IMG/VR virus record: IMGVR_UViG_3300042861_002374
Reading direction: 5' to 3' (one strand)
Source: an uncultured virus (IMG/VR IMGVR_UViG_3300042861_002374)
Lineage: Varidnaviria > Bamfordvirae
Length of the DNA stretch: 64,000 bases
Position numbers and translations under genes: made by a program. The notes under the pieces were generated by a model, which saw only the letters and a list, made by a program, of their open reading frames with translations, had not been told where the DNA came from and ran no database searches. Below are positions 57,855 to 64,000 of this stretch, in pieces (the stretch's first letter is position 1; each line of letters begins with the position of its first letter).

Positions 57855-58730
57855 TTAAAGAACTGTATTTCCCATATGTTCTACCATTTTTTTTATTAGA
57901 CCTGTATATCCTCCATTTGTAGATTGTATATAATATGTGGCATTGCACATAAAAATAAAATCTTCGTCTGCTTTTTTACCAAGACGCATATGAATATTAT
58001 ATCCTTTGCTCTCAAAATATCTTTTAATTATTTGTATATATTGACAGCTTTTTGGAGTTGGCATTTCAATATGGCTTCCTGCCACAAATATTAACTTACC
58101 TACATCTTTCTGATTTATTTTTTTTATTTTATCTTCAAGGTAGCTTAATGGAGGAGTATAATTTGAATGAGAATTAATATCGTTATATGTATAAGTAGAA
58201 AGAATTGTAATTAAGTCTGCTGGATTATGTTCAATAACATCGCCAAGCCTTAAGTGTATAACAATATCATTTTTGGAAGGTAAATCTTTGGTTTCTTTTG
58301 TTTTTTCCTTAACAATAGAAAATAGAATATTATAATCTTTCTGTTTATTAGTCTTTTTCATATATTCTGTTGCTATAGAATTTGGAAAGTTTTTATAGTG
58401 GTATTCTTCTCCACCACCTTTCCATCTATTTTTAGTCAGAACCATATCTCCTAACCTATAATAATCATTATTAGAATACAGACCACAACAATATTCTTTT
58501 GATGTAATTTCATCGCTAATAGATTCTATTATACTTTCCCATTTTTCTTTTAATTTTTTTTTATTTATTCTTATTATTCCAATAATTATTGGATATATTA
58601 TAGTAATAAGTACACCCACCACTACAATTATCAGTGATTCTTTTTTTACCCCAATAATAGTGATTATAGAACCTACTGTAAAAAATATATAGTCATGTAC
58701 TTTAAAATAAATTATACTTTTACTATTCAT
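57855..58730 (-). CDS. GT11-like (alpha-1,2-fucosyltransferase-like) membrane protein
   Basis: VIHLRLGD GDP-fucose-binding motif, ADEDFIFM...STNGGY; two N-terminal TMs. Confidence 0.65.
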   Translation of the reverse strand: MNSKSIIYFKVHDYIFFTVGSIITIIGVKKESLIIVVVGVLITIIYPIIIGIIRINKKKLKEKWESIIESISDEITSKEYCCGLYSNNDYYRLGDMVLTKNRWKGGGEEYHYKNFPNSIATEYMKKTNKQKDYNILFSIVKEKTKETKDLPSKNDIVIHLRLGDVIEHNPADLITILSTYTYNDINSHSNYTPPLSYLEDKIKKINQKDVGKLIFVAGSHIEMPTPKSCQYIQIIKRYFESKGYNIHMRLGKKADEDFIFMCNATYYIQSTNGGYTGLIKKMVEHMGNTVL

Positions 58731-58771
58731 TTATTATAATGATATAAATATAAATTTTTATGATTAAATAA

Positions 58772-59536
58772 ATGATAGATCTTTATAGTATACCAGTATA
58801 CTATATCAGTTTCAAAAAAGAAAAAGATCTAGAAAAAAATTTGACTGAAAGAGGGTTTAATAAAATAATTCATTTTAAAGCTATTAATGGGCGCAAGTTT
58901 AAACCAGATTTCTTGCTTAAAAAAAATTTGCTAACTATACGTTCTTATCAAGACCTATTATTAGGCAGACATCAGCATTCAGGAATGCCTAGCATAGGAG
59001 CGATAGGATGTACTATGAGTCATAATGAAATATGGAAATTATGTGTAGAATATGATCTGCCTTATGTAGCCGTAGCGGAAGCTGATTTATATTTGAATGA
59101 GATTACACCACACATTGAAGAAAAAATCAAAGAAATTCTGAAAGAACCAAACTCTGTATTTATGAGTGAAAAAATAAATAAACAAGGAATAGTAACATCA
59201 TTCCAAGGAGCTCACTTTTATATCATTTCTAACTCTGCGTGTAAAGAATTAATAAATAATGTATTTCCTATAGATGTTCAGACTGATTACTACATTGCTC
59301 ACATGGATACTATAAAAAAAATAAATTTAGATGGATTTAAAATTGGTACACAAAAAAAGCATGATAGTTTTATACAAAATTCTTCATGTATTAAATCTAA
59401 ACTACCAACATCTGTATTTCCATATTTAATTATTTTTATATTATTCATATTATTGGTATCTAGCACATTATATCTATTGTATTCTAGAAATAAATTTAGA
59501 AATCAATTACTTTCGCAAAACCTTATAAAAACATAA
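58772..59536 (+). CDS. GT25-family glycosyltransferase, tandem copy 1
   Basis: YYIS, FKAING, GAIGCTMSH..IW, FPIDVQTD; C-terminal TM. Confidence 0.85.
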   Translation: MIDLYSIPVYYISFKKEKDLEKNLTERGFNKIIHFKAINGRKFKPDFLLKKNLLTIRSYQDLLLGRHQHSGMPSIGAIGCTMSHNEIWKLCVEYDLPYVAVAEADLYLNEITPHIEEKIKEILKEPNSVFMSEKINKQGIVTSFQGAHFYIISNSACKELINNVFPIDVQTDYYIAHMDTIKKINLDGFKIGTQKKHDSFIQNSSCIKSKLPTSVFPYLIIFILFILLVSSTLYLLYSRNKFRNQLLSQNLIKT

Positions 59537-59782
59537 ATTTTAACCATGATAAAATGTTATAATTCAAGATAATCTTTCATATATTGAGACTGCATTCTAT
59601 ATCTAAAAAAGGGCAATATTTCATTTGATTTTTATTTTCTTCTTATTATTGGATATATTATAATAAGTACACCTATTCTTGATTATATAGCATTTGCATG
59701 TAGCATTTGCATGTAGCATTATTAAACCACACTCATCACAAAATATAAATGATATAAAATATAAATTATTATGACTAAATAA

Positions 59783-60544
59783 ATGTTTGATCTTTATAGT
59801 ATACCAGTATACTATATCAGTTTCAAAAAAGAAAAAGATCTAGAAAAAAATTTGACTGAACGAGGGTTTAATAAAATAATTCATTTTAAAGCTATTAATG
59901 GGCGCAAGTTTAACCCAGACTTCTTGATTAAAAAAAACTTAATAACTATACGTTCTTATCAAGACCTATTATTAGGTAGACATCAGCATTCAGGAATGTC
60001 TAGCCTAGGAGTTATAGGATGTACTATGAGTCATAATGAAATATGGAAATTATGTGTAGAATATGATCTGCCTTATGTAGCCATAGCGGAAGCTGATTTA
60101 TATTTGAATGAGATTACACCACACATTGAAGAAAAAATCAAAGAAATTCTGAAAGAACCAAACTCTGTATTTATGAGTGAAAAAATAAATAAACAAGGAA
60201 TAGTAACATTCTTCCAAAGAACTCACTTTTATATCATTTCCAACTCTGCGTGTAAAGAATTAATAAATAATGTATTTCCTATAGATGTTCAGACTGATTA
60301 CTACATTGCTCATATGGATACTATAAAAAAAATAAATTTAGATGGATTTATAATTGGTACACAAAAAAAGCATGATAGTTTAATCCAAGATTTTTGTATT
60401 AAATGTAAACTACCAACATCTGTATTTCCATATTTGATTATTTTTATATTATTCATATTATTGGTATGTAGCACATTATATCTATGGTATTCTAGAAATA
60501 AATTTAGAAATCAATTACTTTCTAGAAAACTTATAAAAACATAA
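59783..60544 (+). CDS. GT25-family glycosyltransferase, tandem copy 2
   Basis: Near-identical to copy 1. Confidence 0.85.
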   Translation: MFDLYSIPVYYISFKKEKDLEKNLTERGFNKIIHFKAINGRKFNPDFLIKKNLITIRSYQDLLLGRHQHSGMSSLGVIGCTMSHNEIWKLCVEYDLPYVAIAEADLYLNEITPHIEEKIKEILKEPNSVFMSEKINKQGIVTFFQRTHFYIISNSACKELINNVFPIDVQTDYYIAHMDTIKKINLDGFIIGTQKKHDSLIQDFCIKCKLPTSVFPYLIIFILFILLVCSTLYLWYSRNKFRNQLLSRKLIKT

Positions 60545-60770
60545 ATTTTAACCATGATAAAATGTTATAATTCAACATCATCTTTCATATATTGAGACAT
60601 TCTATATCATTTGATTTTTTTATTTCTTCTTATTATTATTGGATATATTATAATAAGGACACCTATTCTTGATCATGTAGCATTTGCATGTAGCATTTGC
60701 ATGTAGCATTATTAAACCACACTCATCACAACTATAATGATATAAAATATAAATTTTTATGATTAAATAA

Positions 60771-61535
60771 ATGATAGATCTTTATAGTATACCAGTATAC
60801 TATATCAGTTTCAAAAAAGAAAAAGATCTAGAAAAAAATTTGACTGAAAGAGGGTTTAATAAAATAATTCATTTTAAAGCTATTAATGGCCGAAAGTTTA
60901 AACCAGACTTCTTGCTTAAAAAAAACTTAATAACTATACGTTCTTACTATGACCTATTATCAGGCAGACATCAGCATTCAGGAATCCCTAGCATGGGAGC
61001 TATAGGATGTACTATGAGTCATAATGAAATATGGAAATTATGTGTAGAATATGATCTACCTTATATAGCTGTAGCTGAAGCTGATTTATATTTGAATGAG
61101 ATTACACCACACATTGAAGAAAAAATCAAAGAAATTCTGAAAGAACCAAACTCTATATTTATGAGTGAAAAAATAACTAAAAAAGGAACAGTAACATTTT
61201 TCGAAAAAACTCACTTTTATATCATTTCCAACTCTGCGTGTAAAGAATTAATAAATAATGTATTTCCTATAGATGTTCAGACTGATTACTACATTGCTCA
61301 CATGGATACTATAAAAAAAATAAATTTAGATGGATTTAGAATTGGTTCACAAAAAATTCATCTTAGTTCAATCCAAAATCTTTGTATTAAATCTAATCTA
61401 CCCACATCTCTATTTCCATATTTTATTTTTTTTATATTATTAGTATTATTAATATCTAGCACAATATATCTATGGTATTCTAGAAATAAATTTAAGCAGA
61501 AATCAATTACTTTAGCGAACCTTATAAAAACATAA
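60771..61535 (+). CDS. GT25-family glycosyltransferase, tandem copy 3
   Basis: Near-identical to copies 1 and 2. Confidence 0.85.
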   Translation: MIDLYSIPVYYISFKKEKDLEKNLTERGFNKIIHFKAINGRKFKPDFLLKKNLITIRSYYDLLSGRHQHSGIPSMGAIGCTMSHNEIWKLCVEYDLPYIAVAEADLYLNEITPHIEEKIKEILKEPNSIFMSEKITKKGTVTFFEKTHFYIISNSACKELINNVFPIDVQTDYYIAHMDTIKKINLDGFRIGSQKIHLSSIQNLCIKSNLPTSLFPYFIFFILLVLLISSTIYLWYSRNKFKQKSITLANLIKT

Positions 61536-61561
61536 ATTTAACCATGATAAAATTTTATATT

Positions 61562-63079
61562 TCAACATTTTTTACAAGACCATCTTTCGGCAATTGTCGG
61601 GGATGAATGTTCTTGTGTAGTTTGAGACCCTGTACCTCCTGGCCCACCGCATTCCATATCTAAAAGGGGAGAAAGATAACAATCATCCTTTTTACGATAT
61701 TTCATTTTTAGAGAAAGATGATTTCCTTTCTTGACGTAATTTCCCATCATAATATCTTGTGGTATTTTAATAGGAAAAAAACGTTTTATTAAAAATTCAG
61801 CATACTTTTTCGATATGATATAAGCCGCCGCACCTGCATTATATTCTTCTGTTTCTTTAACAATGTTAATTCCTGGAGAAACACTCATAATAAATTCATG
61901 ATCTTCTTCTGTATCTGCCCAATTTCCGTTCCACAGATGCAAAACCGAGAAATCATCATAATTAGAATTTTTCAATTTGGACATAATAAGGTTTACTTTT
62001 TTAATAAAGTCTGGTTTTACCTCAACATCATCCTCTAATATTAACGCATAATCCTCACATGAATTGATAAGTTTTTTCCAACAGTTAAAGTGTGACATAT
62101 TGATAGAAATTTCGATAGTAGTCATATCTGCTTTGGCGGAAACAATCTTTTTCTTAATCATTTCACACATTAATGATTGGTTAAATTTATTACCCAAAAC
62201 ACAAGGCACACGACAAGCGTTCAAACCTGCTACGCCTGCATATTTCTTAAATTTTTCGTAACGTTTTTTATGCACAGAACAATTAACTACATAAACACCC
62301 ATTTTGATGTCAAAGTTATTATAACAACCTCCAGATTTAGAACAAGTTTTTGTATCTTTTTGCATCCAATAATCCGCCTTTTTGATATTCTTTGGTGAAC
62401 TTTTCAAACAACATTTTACACATGCTCGTTCTCGAAGTTTATCTGTTGGTTCTGCTGGCTTACGCATTCGATTAGTTAGATTTACTTTAATACTCTCGAC
62501 TTCTTTTTCATTTTGATGATCGTACTGTCTGTATGCTATTTTGTTCCAATCTTTTCCATATAATTTATCAAAGTATTTTTGATAATTCTTAGGACCTAAT
62601 ACATTAAAATCTCCAAACTCATATTCTACCAAAGGAAAAAGATCTTTTTCATTCCAAACCTCCTTAGGCCATGCATCTCGAGCAGCTTTAAGCGACAAAT
62701 AATATTTTCCATCTGGAAACTTTCTAAATGGAAAAACATCCATAAAAGGAAAAGAATAACACTGTTCTTCACCATCTATCACAATTTTCTTTCTGTCCGT
62801 GTAAAAAATTTTGTAACCACACCAAACTTTGCAGATACTATATCCACACTTATTCAAATTTGTTTCTAAATCTAAAAATTTTTTAATATCTTTGGATAAA
62901 ATACCAATATCCAAGTCGTCATCCCATGGAATAATACCCGTGTGCCGAACAGCTCCTAGCAATGTACCACCATCTGCCCAATATTTTATTCCATTATTTA
63001 CTAATATCTGATGTATATCATACATTAATTGATAAAGAAGCTTTACACTTGATTTGTTTGTTTCTTTTAATTTACTCAT
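61562..63079 (-). CDS. LicD-family phosphotransferase fused to a GT25 glycosyltransferase
   Basis: GGTLLGAVRH.GIIPWDDDLDI, DVFPF, YFDKLYGKDW (LicD); MSHFNCW...ILEDD...AYIIS (GT25); start placed at MSKLKE. Confidence 0.88.
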   Translation of the reverse strand: MSKLKETNKSSVKLLYQLMYDIHQILVNNGIKYWADGGTLLGAVRHTGIIPWDDDLDIGILSKDIKKFLDLETNLNKCGYSICKVWCGYKIFYTDRKKIVIDGEEQCYSFPFMDVFPFRKFPDGKYYLSLKAARDAWPKEVWNEKDLFPLVEYEFGDFNVLGPKNYQKYFDKLYGKDWNKIAYRQYDHQNEKEVESIKVNLTNRMRKPAEPTDKLRERACVKCCLKSSPKNIKKADYWMQKDTKTCSKSGGCYNNFDIKMGVYVVNCSVHKKRYEKFKKYAGVAGLNACRVPCVLGNKFNQSLMCEMIKKKIVSAKADMTTIEISINMSHFNCWKKLINSCEDYALILEDDVEVKPDFIKKVNLIMSKLKNSNYDDFSVLHLWNGNWADTEEDHEFIMSVSPGINIVKETEEYNAGAAAYIISKKYAEFLIKRFFPIKIPQDIMMGNYVKKGNHLSLKMKYRKKDDCYLSPLLDMECGGPGGTGSQTTQEHSSPTIAERWSCKKC

Positions 63080-63139
63080 TTTATTATTATAAAGATAAAA
63101 ATTAACCTTATTTTTTTTATATATTATCAATCGTTAAAA

Positions 63140-64000
63140 ATGAAACTAAATAGTAAACAAAAGCTAATGATAGTATCAGGAGTATTAGCTATATTACTTA
63201 TAACATTGATATTATTTTTAATATTAAAACCTAAACATTCACCAAACACGTGTTCGTGGACATATAGTGATTGGGGTGATTGTGATTCTTCAGGAAACCA
63301 AACACGTAAAACAACAGATTGTAAAAACACGGCTGGAATAGTTTGTGCTGATACTACTAAATGTGGCACCCCTATTCTTTCACAATCATGTACATCACCA
63401 GACACATGTTCATGGACATATAGTGATTGGTCTGTTTGTACAGATGCCACACCTAATCAAACTAGAACAGTAACTTGTCAAAATACATCAGGTACATCAT
63501 GCGATATTTCAAAATGCACCGGTACAAAAGATGATATTAATAGACAATGTGTTCTAAGTTGTTGTGACAAGACACAAAATCCTTGGACTTGTAATCCAGC
63601 ATCATCATCGATTTGTCCAAAAGGTCAAACTCGTACATATGATTGTAGCTCGTGTACTAATATATTTCCAGATAATGTTTATATATTTACACAAACTGAT
63701 GCAAATAACCCCGCTGATATGCAAAATAAAATAAATAACGCGTTTAACGGACCTCCTCCTCAAGGAGGAATTGGTAAACACGAAAATAAGAAAGATAATC
63801 CGGGACAAAACAGCACTACAAATTATGCATTTTTATTTATGCCCGGGACATATAATGTTGATATACCAATAGGATATTATACTCATGTAGCTGGGTTAGG
63901 TCAAACAAACGATCAAGTTACAATGAAAGGAGGTCCTATTGTTGAAAACGGTTCTGATTTGTATTCAATCGGTGCATTAAATAATTTTTGGAGATCATGC
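63140..64000 (+). CDS. Membrane-anchored TSP1-repeat protein with a bacterial-type GH55 exo-beta-1,3-glucanase domain (runs off the window; not in the ORF track)
   Basis: MKLNSKQKLMIVSGVLAILLITLILFLIL TM; two WTYSDW..C...QTR...C TSP1-like repeats; YAFLFMPGTYNVDIPIGYYTHVAGLG...ALNNFWRS as in bacterial GH55. Confidence 0.78.
   Translation, partial: MKLNSKQKLMIVSGVLAILLITLILFLILKPKHSPNTCSWTYSDWGDCDSSGNQTRKTTDCKNTAGIVCADTTKCGTPILSQSCTSPDTCSWTYSDWSVCTDATPNQTRTVTCQNTSGTSCDISKCTGTKDDINRQCVLSCCDKTQNPWTCNPASSSICPKGQTRTYDCSSCTNIFPDNVYIFTQTDANNPADMQNKINNAFNGPPPQGGIGKHENKKDNPGQNSTTNYAFLFMPGTYNVDIPIGYYTHVAGLGQTNDQVTMKGGPIVENGSDLYSIGALNNFWRSC

Noticed and set aside
58772..61535. Diversity-generating retroelement behind the GT25 variants
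   Set aside because: No reverse transcriptase in the window, all copies are full genes, and differences are not restricted to adenines.
1828..62398. Many short overlapping antisense or alternate-frame ORFs in the track
   Set aside because: They are nested in longer genes with recognisable motifs and often arise from repeats; nothing supports independent coding.
63127..63808. Minus-strand ORFs of 107 and 67 aa
   Set aside because: They are shadows of the plus-strand TSP1/GH55 gene starting at 63140.

Overview
AT-rich, gene-dense segment of a large eukaryotic dsDNA virus (Nucleocytoviricota). The gene set looks most like the Iridoviridae/Marseilleviridae/Pithoviridae side (Pimascovirales-like); this is inferred from motifs, not from a search. 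Core genes: family B DNA polymerase, D5-like primase-helicase, D6/D11-like SF2 helicase, A22-like Holliday junction resolvase, a thioredoxin-like protein, and the N-terminal half of a split RNA polymerase largest subunit. That Rpb1 gene is invaded twice: by a 349-nt ORF-less group I intron inside the catalytic NADFD^GDE motif, and by a 454-aa LAGLIDADG intein that appears to begin with Ala and fits none of the described intein classes well. Two tRNA genes (Ile-UAU, Lys-UUU) share an unusual cassette in which a leader hairpin pairs across the mature 5' end and a second hairpin starts at the 3' end. Also present: two copies of a MIGE-like element (conserved ~350-400 bp non-coding leader plus zinc-finger ORF), a GC-rich pseudoknot-capable intergenic RNA candidate, three membrane-anchored beta-1,3-glucanase-like proteins of different families (GH16, GH17, GH55), Link/TSP1/Cys-rich surface proteins, a large glycosyltransferase repertoire with a recent GT25 triplication, and several apparent pseudo-enzymes. 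All calls are by eye from motifs; no searches or folding programs were run.
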